DNA of 35,177 nt from contig NC_069002.1 of assembly GCF_001194135.2 (NCBI RefSeq), positions 27,550,440 through 27,585,616 on the forward strand, in the 5' to 3' direction. The position numbers were made by a program, and so were the translations under genes. The DNA is from Octopus bimaculoides. Lineage: Eukaryota. The notes under the pieces were generated by a model. That model did no database searches, was not told the origin of the DNA, and saw nothing but the letters and a program-made list of their open reading frames with translations. Shown one piece after another: positions 21,935 through 32,918 of the stretch. Positions within the stretch are counted from its first letter, which is position 1. Each line of letters starts with the position of its first letter.

Positions 21935-22293
21935 TGCGGTGCATTCCAAAAGTTTTGTGACTTTTTGTTAGGAGAGACAGTTATAACAGACCTAGATTAC
22001 TGGAATTTTAATATATTCATTATTATACATCTAATAAGCCGACCTGCCAACTTTTGTTGTTCTAGATTGAAGGAGACAGCTGTAACAGCACTTTGAATGC
22101 ACTCGACTAAACACTGCTTGCTGCAGTTGACTAGGTTGCTGAATGCAGTCGGAATGCGAAGGCAAATGGAAAGCTTGCTGTACCATCAAGTTTTGTGTTA
22201 AACTAAGCAAAAAATTCCACAGAAACTTATGAAATGCTCCAGGCTGGACATGGATTAACTTGTATGAGCAGAGGATCTGTTTTTTACTTGCAT
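21935..22293 (+). mobile_element. Mariner remnant, 5' part
   Basis: TIR-like start after TA. IKFCVKLSK/STETYEMLQA matches the mariner N-terminal HTH. Confidence 0.7.
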
Positions 22294-22305
22294 ACAAGGT
22301 CAAGT

Positions 22306-22693
22306 GTGGAGGCGCAATGGCCCAGTGGTTAGGGCAGTGGACTCGCAGTCATCGGATCGCGGTTTCGATTCCCAGACCGGGCGTTGTGAGTGTTTATTGA
22401 GCAAAAACACCTAAAGCTCCACGAGGCTCCGGCAAGGGATGGTGCCGAACCCTGCTGTACTCTTTCACCACAACTTTCTCTTACTCTTACTTCCTGTTTC
22501 TGTTGTGCCTGTAATTCAAAGGGACAGCCTTGTCACACTGTGTCACGCTGAATATCCCCGAGAACTACGTTAAGGGTACACGTGTCTGTGGAGTGCTCAG
22601 CCACTTGCACGTTAATTTCACGAGCAGGCTGTTCCGTTGATCAGATCAACTGGAACCCTCGACGTCGTAAGCGACAGAGTGCCAACAACAACA
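22306..22693 (+). mobile_element. Full-length tRNA-derived SINE (family B) with a 12-bp TSD
   Basis: A box TGGCCCAGTGG, B box GGTTTCGATTCCC and (CAA)n tail. The TSD ACAAGGTCAAGT is at 22294-22305 and 22694-22705. Confidence 0.9.
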
Positions 22694-22705
22694 ACAAGGT
22701 CAAGT

Positions 22706-23125
22706 AAAGCAAGTCCACAAGGGAGCTCATGATGATCTCCATTTTTAACAGCAAGGGCATCATCTACATCTGCTGGGTTTGCTCTGGCCAGACGGTCAAT
22801 AAAGAGCACTTTGTGGAGGTTCTGAGGGAGTTCAGGAAGAGAATTCACTGCAAAAGGCCAGAACACCCCCATCAGGACAATATGCCAGTCCACAATTCCA
22901 TCCTGGTAACCAACTATTTGACAGAGATAGGAATCAAAACTGTCCTTCACCTTGCCTACAGTCCAAACCTTGCTCTCTGTTGTTCCCCAAGCTGAATGAG
23001 ATGAATGAGGCTGTGACAAGGGTCTCAGACACCTTTAATTTGGAGGATTCTAAGGGACCTAAACAAAATAACTGGAGTGCTACAACAAGCACATTGAAGT
23101 TAAAAGATCCTAATTTGAAGGAGAT
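22706..23125 (+). mobile_element. Mariner remnant, catalytic and 3' part
   Basis: FNSKGII..GQTVNKEHF.EVL..FRKRI..KRP..HQDNMPVH..YSPNLA, which are the mariner HQDNA and YSPDLAP motifs. Confidence 0.85.
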
Positions 23126-23235
23126 TTGAAGGGAGTAAGGGAGAAGTTTCAGGTGTGGGAGCAAGGTCTAGAATCGAAGGGCCTTAGAGTCAATCTAGCA
23201 AAAACCAAAGTCTTAATAAGTAGGAAGGCAGACAA
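23126..23235 (+). mobile_element. RTE-clade RT fragment
   Basis: KGVREKFQVWEQGLESKGLRVNLAKTKVL, the non-LTR RT segment with GL.VN..KTKV. Confidence 0.8.
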
Positions 23236-23489
23236 TAAACAAATCTTGGAGTGGTTGGCATTAGGAAGGGCTTCCGGCTGTAGTAACTTTGCCAGATCAG
23301 ATTGGAGCCTGGTGCAGCCTTCTGGCTTGCCAGCCCTCAGTCAAACCGTCCAACAATTGATGTCTGTCTTGAAAACGTTTCACAACTTCTGGAATGCACT
23401 CTCTATACATATATAAGTATATTTATATTATGCATTAATGTTATATACATTATGTATTAAGGTATTATATACATTACGTATATAAACTC

Positions 23490-23884
23490 AGCTTGGAAGA
23501 CTTATTGAGGCAAACGAAAGCAAAATCGGGATAGCACCTGTGCCCAGCGGCGCCTTTCTGGCACTTGTGCCCGTGACATGTGTAAGGATTTTCGAGCGAG
23601 ATCGTTGCCAGTGCCCCTGGACTGGCTCTTGTGCGGGTGGCACATAAAATACACCATTTTGAGCGTGGCTGTTGCCAGTACCGCCTGACTGGCCTTCGTG
23701 CGGGTGACACGTAAAAGCACCCACTACACTCTCTGAGTGGTTGGCGTTAGGAAGGGCATCCAGCTGTAGAAACTCTGCCAAATCAGATTGGAGCCTGGTG
23801 TTGCCATCCGGTTTCACCAGTCCTCAGTCAAATCGTCCAACCCATGCTAGCATGGAAAGCGGACATTAAACGATGATGATGATG
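23490..23884 (+). mobile_element. RTE-tail-related repeat (family E) with a (GAT)n tail
   Basis: It has internal ~66-bp tandem units, then TGGCGTTAGGAAGGGCATCCAGCTG...CATGGAAAGCGGAC and (GAT)n. Related copies lie at 19805, 23250, 26475, 27022, 27385, 28700, 31070 and 31510. Confidence 0.75.
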
Positions 23885-23996
23885 TATTAAGGTATATATG
23901 TTCTATATATTATGTATTAAAGTTACATAATGAATCAAAATAAGATATCAAAAAGACAATCACAAAAACGTCAAGAATGAAATACAATTCACTTAC

Positions 23997-24124
23997 TGTC
24001 ATTGATAAGAAACAAATAAGATGATTTTTCTTCAGCAAAAATAACGTGAATAATTGGATGCTCCAGAAGGGTCTTTCCATATAAATTATCAAGAAACGTT
24101 TTGTCCGCTTGTAATGTGTAATAA
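23997..24124 (-). CDS. ZNHIT6: ZNHIT6/BCD1 exon 7
   Basis: gcttttag| (H)YYTLQADKTFLDNLYGKTLLEHPIIHVIFAEEKSSYLFLIND A|GTAAGT, 128 nt. It matches the recalled YYELD..SLLDNL..K.IIEYP.LHV motif. Confidence 0.9.
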
Positions 24125-25384
24125 CTAAAAGCAAGAAAAAAAGAAAGATCATTACTGTCATTATCACCACCATCAGCGTTGTCATCATCATCACATCTAT
24201 TTTTTTTCCCCTGCTGATATAGGTTAGATAAGGGAAGAAAATTATCTTAGCTTAAATTGTTTCTTATTACTGTAGCCTGTCTTGAAACTGGAACGTAAGC
24301 ATGAGAACTTATAATCTCACAACATAGAAAAATTTGACTGAGAAGAGCAAAGTGACAAAGTCACAGATGTCTGTATATTTAAGGGAGACAAAGTTGTAAT
24401 AGCCACGTTTTTAGTCGACAAGAAAATACAAATGAAAAAGAAATTATATGCATACATACACACATATACATCTCGCAAAGCTTAATGTTCAGCATAGAAA
24501 GGCATGGGCATGGCTGTGGTTTACAATTTTTAACCATGTGGTTTCAAGTTCAGTCCCACTGTGAGGAACCTTGGGCAAATGTCCTCTACTATGGTGCAAG
24601 GCCAACCAAAGCCTTGTGAGTACGTTTGGTTGACAGAAGCATAAAGGCGGCGAGCTGGCAGAAACGTTAGCACGCCGGGCGAAATGCTTAGCCGTTACGT
24701 TTTGAGTTCAAATTCCGCCGAGGTCGACTTTGCCTTTCATCCTTTCAGAGTCAATAATTTAAGTACCAGTTGTGTACTGGGTCAATCTCATCAACTAACC
24801 CCCTCCACCCAAAATTTCAGCCTTGTGCCTATAATAGAAAGATCAGCCGCTTGCATGTTAATTTTATGAGCAGGCTGTTCCATTTATGAGATCAACTGGA
24901 ACACTCATCATCATAACCGACACAGCACCAGTTACATATATACATGTATACATGTGTTATTTCTTTACTGCCCACAAGGGGCTACACACAGANNNNNNNN
25001 NNNNNNNNNNNNNNNNNNNNNNNNNNNNNNNNNNNNNNNNNNNNNNNNNNNNNNNNNNNNNNNNNNNNNNNNNNNNNNNNNNNNNNNNNNNNNNNNNNNN
25101 NNNNNNNNNNNNNNNNNNNNNNNNNNNNNNNNNNNNNNNNNNNNNNNNNNNNNNNNNNNNNNNNNNNNNNNNNNNNNNNNNNNNNNNNNNNNNNNNNNNN
25201 NNNNNNNNNNNNNNNNNNNNNNNNNNNNNNNNNNNNNNNNNNNNNNNNNNNNNNNNNNNNNNNNNNNNNNNNNNNNNNNNNNNAGCCTTGTCTATGTCAG
25301 AGGTTAACTGTTTTTGGCGCAATCATTTGAACCTCACATTATATCAAACATACATTTGTTGGTTTGTTTGTTGTATATGCATGA

Positions 25385-25748
25385 TGGTTACCCCCTCGTT
25401 ATCGAGTATGGCCATTGCACGAAGCTTAACTTAACGGTGCTGTGATCGAATGTGACTTTTTAGCCCAGCCAAAGATCTACAATGTCTTGCACAGAGTTGG
25501 CGTCCAAAACCTTTACTGGCAATAGCTGGCTGTTGTTGTAATTGGGCTCCATGTACCTTTGCGTGTCGTTTAAGTCCTCCTGCTGAATCACACTCCCTTC
25601 CACATACCCGACAGACAAGACTAGTATGGTGTGTAGCATCAGCAGCAGCAGCCTGGTGGTCAATCATCGGTCTTGCTTTATGACTACGAAGATGACTCTT
25701 GAGTCCAGCTTTACTGAGGCAGGGTCTTGCACAGACACTGCATGTCAT
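25385..25748 (-). mobile_element. 3' end of an RTE-clade LINE encoding three C2H2-like fingers
   Basis: CSVCARPCLSKAGLKSHLRSH, CRVCGRECDSAGGLKRHAKVH and RQLCARHCRSLAGLKSHIRSQH, then a stop and a short 3' UTR. The C..CGR.C.S..GL.SH.R.H pattern is typical of RTE C-termini. Confidence 0.7.
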
Positions 25749-25817
25749 CCATACATACATGTGAAAAACATACATGTCATCCATACATACATGTTGAAAT
25801 AATAATTAAAATCTTAC

Positions 25818-25979
25818 TGCATATCTTTTGAGGGATACATTTCTGCTTTCATTAAAAAGCACAGCTTCTTTGGATCTGCATTTCGATATTGATTGAGCTT
25901 ATATAAAAACAACGATGCAGCTTTACTTGTGTTGAATATACTTTGAAATGCTTCCATTATGGTCAAGTCTTCAGACATT
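25818..25979 (-). CDS. ZNHIT6: ZNHIT6/BCD1 exon 6
   Basis: cctttctgtag| (R)MSEDLTIMEAFQSIFNTSKAASLFLYKLNQYRNADPKKLCFLMKAEMYPSKDM CA|GTAAGA, 162 nt. It lies 94 nt (intron) from exon 5 and both ends are phase 2. Confidence 0.88.
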
Positions 25980-26073
25980 CTACAGAAAGGAAATTGAATA
26001 TTTAAATATTGGGAGAGAACGTTCAATGTGAAAACCTATTAGATAATTTATTCTTTAATTAATTCTACCTTAC

Positions 26074-26142
26074 CTTTCTTCTTTAAGTGAAACTCCAGCC
26101 TGTGGAAATACCCAAGATACGTCCCACTGAATAAGTTTAGAT
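26074..26142 (-). CDS. ZNHIT6: ZNHIT6/BCD1 exon 5 (exon 4 not visible)
   Basis: taatttcag| A SKLIQWDVSWVFPQAGVSLKEE AG|GTAAGG, 69 nt. It matches the recalled WHVKLQFPQ...EKR segment. Confidence 0.88.
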
Positions 26143-26474
26143 CTGAAATTAATGATAAGCATTTATTTAGTTTTAATAAATTAATTAAATAAAACATTTA
26201 AAATATAACAGGTGCAGGTGTGATTTTGAAATTTGGGCCCTCTCAGCATGGAATCTTGAGTGTCTTTTACTAGAGGTGCAGGAGTGGCTGTGTGGTAAGT
26301 AGCTTGTTTACCAACCACAGGGTTCTGGGTTCAGTCCTACTGCATGGCACCTTGGGCAAGTGTCTTCTACTATAGCCTCGGGCCGACCAAAGCCTTGTGA
26401 GTGGATTTGGTAGAGAGAAACTGCAAGAAGCCTACAAATTGTTCAATTTTTTTTTTGCCTTGCTAGCATGGTTT

Positions 26475-26620
26475 CATCATCATCATCATCGTTTAACGTC
26501 CGCTTTCCATGCTAGCATGGGTTGGACGATTTGACTGAGGACTGGTGAAACCGGATGGCAACACCAGGCTCCAATCTGATTTGGCAGAGTTTCTACAGCT
26601 GGATGCCCTTCCTAACGCCA
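26475..26620 (-). mobile_element. Family E 3' end
   Basis: Reverse complement of 23742-23884, with one mismatch seen. Confidence 0.85.
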
Positions 26621-27714
26621 GCTGTAGTNNNNNNNNNNNNNNNNNNNNNNNNNNNNNNNNNNNNNNNNNNNNNNNNNNNNNNNNNNNNNNNNNNNNNNNN
26701 NNNNNNNNNNNNNNNNNNNNNNNNNNNNNNNNNNNNNNNNNNNNNNNNNNNNNNNNNNNNNNNNNNNNNNNNNNNNNNNNNNNNNNNNNNNNNNNNNNNN
26801 NNNNNNNNNNNNNNNNNNNNNNNNNNNNNNNNNNNNNNNNNNNNNNNNNNNNNNNNNNNNNNNNNNNNNNNNNNNNNNNNNNNNNNNNNNNNNNNNNNNN
26901 NNNTAAAAGAATATAAGAATAGCAGCAGGATGACCAATGCCAAGTGAGTGGATTTGGTAGAGAGAAACTGCAAGAAGCCTACAAATTGTTCAATTTTTTT
27001 TTTGCCTTGCTAGCATGGTTTCATCATCATCATCATCGTTTAACGTCCGCTTTCCATGCTAGCATGGGTTGGACGATTTGACTGAGGACTGGTGAAACCG
27101 GATGGCAACACCAGGCTCCAATCTGATTTGGCAGAGTTTCTACAGCTGGATGCCCTTCCTAACGCCAGCTGTAGTGATACATATATTATTGAGGCATTGT
27201 TTTTACGGCTGGAAGTTCTTTCTGTCACTATCACTTTCTTGTGTTTTCAGGTAAGTGATCTCTTATTTCGCCTGTCATCAAAAACACAAAACTGGCAGAT
27301 GATTTATTGACAGGAAAAACAACATTAGCACTTGATACTTGGTAAAGTGTAAATGCAAACAAAGAAACACACACACACATATCATCATTTTAATGATGCA
27401 CTTTTCCATGCTTGCATGGGTTGGACAGAGGTTATTGAAGCAGATTTCCTGCAACTGGATGCCCTTCCTGTCGCCAACCCTGAACTGTTTCCAAACATGG
27501 TAATATTTTCCCTGTAGTTAGGCATGTTTTTTTTTGCAGACTACTGGAAATGAATGAGTGGTAAGAAACTCTCAAGGGAGCTGAAGAGCAGAAGGTCTTC
27601 AGAGAAGAAACTCACCTCAGGTAAACGTTTGGCCCTTAACTTCTTACACTCTAAGGCGGCCAGGTCACATCCAGGTCATGACAACTGGGTGTTAGGTAAC
27701 AAAAAAAGGTAAAG

Positions 27715-27955
27715 TTACCTTCTTGAGTCATGTTGACTCATAAGGGCTAGTTTCCCAGTTTCCGTGGCATATAAATTCCCCACCTGGACGGGATGCCAGT
27801 CACTCACAGAATTACTCGCTTTTGCCAGCAGAGTGGACTGGAGCAACGTGAAATGAAGTGTTTTGCTCAAGAACACAATGTGTCGCCCAGTCCAAGAATT
27901 GAAACCATAATCTTGCAATCGTAAGTCCAACACCCTAACCACTAAGCCACATGGT
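27715..27955 (-). mobile_element. SINE with a family-A head and a MetaSINE/V-SINE-like tail
   Basis: The head resembles 33-170. The tail GACTGGCATCCCGTCCAGG...GGAAACTGG resembles recalled metazoan SINE tails, so the name is tentative. Confidence 0.6.
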
Positions 27956-29115
27956 CTTCTGCTGATGCTTTTTAACCACCAGGATATCGGAGGACTTATG
28001 CATTTAAACTGCTTGTGAGATTTCATCTCCATTGATTCAGCTTCCAAACTTATACTTAAAGAAGAAATGAGATCCACTGCAACAGCCACACAATGTCAAG
28101 GCAAGAAGATACAAACATACACACACTCACACATGTATACACATACAATAGGCTTCTTACAGTTTCAACCAACCAAATCCACACACAAAGCTATGGTTGG
28201 CCCAAACTTACAGTAAAAAAAAACACTTGCCTAAGATGCCATGCTGTGGGACTGAACCCAAAACCATGTGATTGGGAAGCAAACTTAACTTTTGAAAATT
28301 TTAATTCCTTACATTGGCATAAATCCCCACAATTCCATAAAGACATCCTGATCAATTGAATTCATTGCAATAAAATAAATGGAACCTATCTTATTAACCC
28401 TGGAGAACCGGGTGAATAAAATACAAACACATCTCTGGTAGGATTTGAACTCGATACATAAAGAAGTATAACATAAGACGGATTTTTTTATTTTTTTACC
28501 TTCCACTACCTTCTTTTCATTTTTTTTTAAAAGTGGCTGAGTGGTTAAGAAGCCCACTTTGCAACCATATGATCTTGGGTTCAGTTCCACTGCATGGTAC
28601 CTTGATCAAGTGTCTTCTACTATAGCCCTAGGTTGACCAATGCCTTGGGAGTGAATTTGGTAGACGGAATCCATGTAAAAACCCACCATATATGTGTATC
28701 ATCATCATCATCATTTAATGGCCATTTTCCTTGCTGGCATGGTTCGGACAGTTTGACAGGATCCTACAAGCCCCAGAACCACACTGAGCTCTAGTGTTAC
28801 CTTTGGTATGGTTTCTATAGTTGGGTGCCCTTCTGAACACCAACCATTTTACGGTGTGTGTGTGTGTGTGTGCCGTTTGGTCTATGTTTATCAGACACAT
28901 ACACACAGCCATTGCTTGACAACTTTGCTTACGTCCCCATAACTTAGCAGTTCAGCAAATGAGATTAACAGAATAAATACCAGGGTTAAAAGAAAAACAA
29001 AATCAAGTACTGGTGTCGATTTGTTTGACTAAAACTTTTCATGGTGGTGCCCCCAGCATGGCCGCAGTCCAATGACAGAAATAAGTAAAAAATAAGAGAT
29101 GAAAGATAACCAAAG

Positions 29116-29416
29116 TGCAAGAGTGGCTGTGTGGTAAGTAGCTTGCTTACCAACCACATGGTTCCGGGTTCAGTCCCACTGCGTGGCACTTTGGGCAAGT
29201 GTCTTCTACTATAGCCTCGGGCCGACCAAAGCCTTGTGAGTGGATTTGGTAGACGGAAACTGAAAGAAGCCCGTCGTATATATGTATATATATATATATG
29301 TATGTGTGTTTGTGTGTCTGTGTTTGTCCCCACCATCGCTTGACAACCGATGCTGGTGTGTTTACGTCCCTGTAACTTAGCGGTTCGGCAAAAGAGACCG
29401 ATTGAATAAGTACTAG
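29116..29416 (+). mobile_element. SINE family C, cut by a gap
   Basis: High similarity to 21582-21860. Confidence 0.85.
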
Positions 29417-30061
29417 NNNNNNNNNNNNNNNNNNNNNNNNNNNNNNNNNNNNNNNNNNNNNNNNNNNNNNNNNNNNNNNNNNNNNNNNNNNNNNNNNNNN
29501 NNNNNNNNNNNNNNNNNNNNNNNNNNNNNNNNNNNNNNNNNNNNNNNNNNNNNNNNNNNNNNNNNNNNNNNNNNNNNNNNNNNNNNNNNNNNNNNNNNNN
29601 NNNNNNNNNNNNNNNNNNNNNNNNNNNNNNNNNNNNNNNNNNNNNNNNNNNNNNNNNNNNNNNNNNNNNNNNNNNNNNNNNNNNNNNNNNNNNNNNNNNN
29701 NNNNNNNNNNNNNNNNNNNNNNNNNNNNNNNNNNNNNNNNNNNNNNNNNNNNNNNNNNNNNNNNNNNNNNNNNNNNNNNNNNNNNNNNNNNNNNNNNNNN
29801 NNNNNNNNNNNNNNNNNNNNNNNNNNNNNNNNNNNNNNNNNNNNNNNNNNNNNNNNNNNNNNNNNNNNNNNNNNNNNNNNNNNNNNNNNNNNNNNNNNNN
29901 NNNNNNNNNNNNNNNNNNNNNNNNNNNNNNNNNNNNNNNNNNNNNNNNNNNNNNNNNNNNNNNNNNNNNNNNNNNNNNNNNNNNNNNNNNNNNNNNNNNN
30001 NNNNNNNNNNNNNNNNNNNNNNNNNNNNNNNNNNNNNNNNNNNNNNNNNNNNNNNNNNNNN
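29417..30061. other. Assembly gap (645 N), likely site of the missing ZNHIT6 exon 4
   Basis: N run inside the interval between exons 3 and 5. No matching exon was found in the sequenced part of that interval. Confidence 0.5.
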
Positions 30062-30228
30062 CATACATATACAACGGGCTTCTTGCAGTTTCTGTCTACC
30101 AAATCCACTCACAAGGCTCTGGTCGGCCCGAAGCTATAGAAGACACTTGCCCAAGGTGCCTCGCAGTGGGACTAAACTTGGGACCATGTGGTTGGTAAGC
30201 AAGCTACTTACCACACAGCCACTCCTGT
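30062..30228 (-). mobile_element. SINE family C, cut by a gap
   Basis: Inverted relative to 29116-29280. Confidence 0.85.
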
Positions 30229-30469
30229 GCCTATATATAGTGAATATAATAAAAGTTGGTGAGTACCATGCTCCACCAGCCAACTGATTAGTTTTTTACT
30301 GCAGTGCACAAGGAAATTATGCTATTGTTTCTTTCTTTTCTGGAAGCTCGCCACATACCAGCAGCTGATGGCTTGCAGACTGGCACTGGTCCACGGACTA
30401 CCACTCTGAGTAGCACTGGTCTAAATCTCCGTTGCTGGATTCGTTCTTGTTTCTTGTGGTATTGACACA

Positions 30470-31060
30470 AGTTTTAGGTCTCTGGAGATGTGGGACGAAG
30501 TGGTGAGAGAGGCTCTTCAAATGCTGGACCTTACTGAGGAAATGACAAGGGATCAGGAGTTGTGGTGATTTGCTGTGCTTGAGAAAATCGCTGTCATCCA
30601 TACATACAGGCTTGTCCTTTACAGGTGCCGGTGCCACATAAAATGCACTCAGTGGCATGTAAAAAGCACCCAGCATGCTATGTAAACTGGTTGGCCTTAT
30701 GTATGTTTGTGTCTCCCTGTTTTGACATTGTGTGATAGTGACAAGTGTTGTTTTTGTTTCCAATCTTCTGTGTAAACATGTCTGGTCACGTGGAAATGCG
30801 TGTGTGTGTGTGTGTGTGCATCCTTGTCTTGATATTACACAACAGCTGTAAATGAGTGTCACCGTCATACAATCAGTGACATCCATTTCCAATCTTCTGT
30901 GAAAATCATGCTTGTTCATGGGAACCATTCCCTTACTCAGAAACATGTGAGGATTGGCAACAAAAAGAGCAGACATCTGACTGTAAAAAATCCCCTCAAC
31001 AAATTCCACTTGACCCATGCCAGCATGGAAAAGTGGGCATTAAAATAGCAATGATGATGA
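30470..31060 (+). mobile_element. RTE LINE 3' end with family E-like UTR
   Basis: WDEVVREALQMLDLTEEMTRDQELW*FAVLEK followed by a family E-like tail. Confidence 0.7.
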
Positions 31061-31069
31061 TTTTCTCAC

Positions 31070-31495
31070 ATCATCATCATCGTTTAACGTCCATTTTCCA
31101 TGCTGGCATGGGTTGGACGGTTTGACAGGAGCGGGTAAGCCAGAGAGCTGTCCAGACTCCAATTGTTTGATGTAACATGGTTTCTACAGCTGGATGCCCT
31201 TCCTAATGCCAACCACTTAACAGAGTGTGCTGGGTGCTTTTTATGTGGCACCGGCACCTGTAAGAACAAGCCTGTATGCGTGGAAGATAGAGATTTTACT
31301 TAGCTTGACACATCATCTCAAGTACAACAAATCATCACATCTCCTGGTCCCTTATTTCCTCAATGAGGTCCAGCATTTGAAGATCCTTTCTCATCTCACT
31401 TCATCCCATGTCTTCCTGGGTCTACCCCTTCCACAGGTTCCCTCCACAATTAGAGATCGGCACTTCTTTAAACAGCTGTCCTCACCCATACACAA
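31070..31495 (-). mobile_element. RTE LINE 3' end with family E-like UTR
   Basis: EDSCLKKCRSLIVEGTCGRGRPRKTWDEV, containing the RTE GRP.KTW motif. Confidence 0.8.
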
Positions 31496-31930
31496 TCTGA
31501 TTGGATATTCATCATCTTTTAATGTCCATTTTCCATGCTGGCAAGGGTTGGATGGTTTGATAGGATCCGATGAGCCAGAGGGTCACATCAAGCCCCAGTA
31601 TCTGCTTTGGCATGGTTTCTACAGCTGGATGTCCTTCCTAACACCAACCATTTTACTAAATGTACTGGGGTTTTTTTTCCCTGGCTCCAACACTAGTAAA
31701 ATCACTAAGCAACTTGCAAGAAAAAAAGCCTCCTCAACTGAAGGGGTGGGGTGGGTCTATTTCAAAGACAACGGGTGTGTCTAAACCTAGTTTTGCAAGG
31801 TCTGAGCAAACTCCCCTTCTTGTACTTCTCTCCTTTAGTTTATAAAGTTTTTTACAGACAAAGAAAAACTGCATTTAAAAAATGAATACAAAAATTAGTT
31901 CCCAGTCTGAATGGGTAAAGTTTCACTTAC

Positions 31931-32013
31931 AGAACGTGACTTGTAATGTTTTAACAGAGGATCTCGTTTGCATTTATCAGTGACACGTGCAGTATCTTCA
32001 AGCAGACGATAAT
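31931..32013 (-). CDS. ZNHIT6: ZNHIT6/BCD1 exon 3
   Basis: ttttctttcttcag| (D)YRLLEDTARVTDKCKRDPLLKHYKSRS |GTAAGT, 83 nt. It continues exon 2 in phase 1 and matches the recalled DYRFLEDVAR motif. Confidence 0.92.
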
Positions 32014-32329
32014 CTGAAGAAAGAAAAAAAAAAGACAAAAAAATTATCACCAGAACATGAAATTACTTGGAAGGACCATGCTGCCATAAAGACCACGCCA
32101 AAACAGACAAGGAGCCCTTCAGCTGGCCAGCTCCTGTCAAAACAATTAAACTCATGCCAGCATGAAAAACGGACATATGATGATGACTGATCACATTAAA
32201 GTTATATATTCCTTGGTCAACAACCTACTTGAAATTATCTTTCCTCTTTGCTGAAATATTGTTATTTTATCTCCCAAAAGGACATATTCCATTCACACAT
32301 ATCTTTTTCCTTTCTTTTACTTGTTTCAA

Positions 32330-32399
32330 GTGGAGGCGCAATGGCCCAGTGGTTAGGGTAGCGGACTCGCGGTCATAGGATTGCGGTTTCGATTCCTAG
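32330..32399 (+). mobile_element. SINE family B head, cut by a gap
   Basis: Near-identical to 22306-22375. Confidence 0.8.
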
Positions 32400-32918
32400 N
32401 NNNNNNNNNNNNNNNNNNNNNNNNNNNNNNNNNNNNNNNNNNNNNNNNNNNNNNNNNNNNNNNNNNNNNNNNNNNNNNNNNNNNNNNNNNNNNNNNNNNN
32501 NNNNNNNNNNNNNNNNNNNNNNNNNNNNNNNNNNNNNNNNNNNNNNNNNNNNNNNNNNNNNNNNNNNNNNNNNNNNNNNNNNNNNNNNNNNNNNNNNNNN
32601 NNNNNNNNNNNNNNNNNNNNNNNNNNNNNNNNNNNNNNNNNNNNNNNNNNNNNNNNNNNNNNNNNNNNNNNNNNNNNNNNNNNNNNNNNNNNNNNNNNNN
32701 NNNNNNNNNNNNNNNNNNNNNNNNNNNNNNNNNNNNNNNNNNNAAGCTTATCATCATCACCACTACCACCCCTTCATTTTTGCATCTGCTTCTCTATGTT
32801 TGTATGTTTTACAGCGATTTCATTGTCATAAAAGATAAAAGAAATGAAATTAACTCCTTTTTTTGTGAAAATTAAATAATAATAAAGTTGTATTAAATAG
32901 AGAAGACTTTTTACTCAC

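Noticed and set aside
22306-22380. tRNA genes at GTGGTTAGG...GGTTCGATTCCC motifs (several places)
   Set aside because: They are SINE heads continuing into SINE bodies, with no complete cloverleaf or Pol III terminator.
26397-27175. Exact 232-bp tandem duplication (26397-26628 = 26944-27175)
   Set aside because: Identical sequence on both sides of an N gap is the signature of unmerged overlapping contig ends.
27180-27240. TSSRKNNASIIY as a candidate exon 4 part
   Set aside because: There is a stop just upstream, no good acceptor and the wrong donor phase, and the DNA looks like a degenerate family E repeat.
31734-31868. Possible ZNHIT6 exon 4 after a 62-nt intron: FFFVCKKLYKLKERSTRRGVC...
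   Set aside because: It has a tantalising likeness to the recalled YMYFMKNRARRQGI, but similarity stops there, it has no phase-2 donor and it runs into TGA. It was not accepted; cDNA would settle it.
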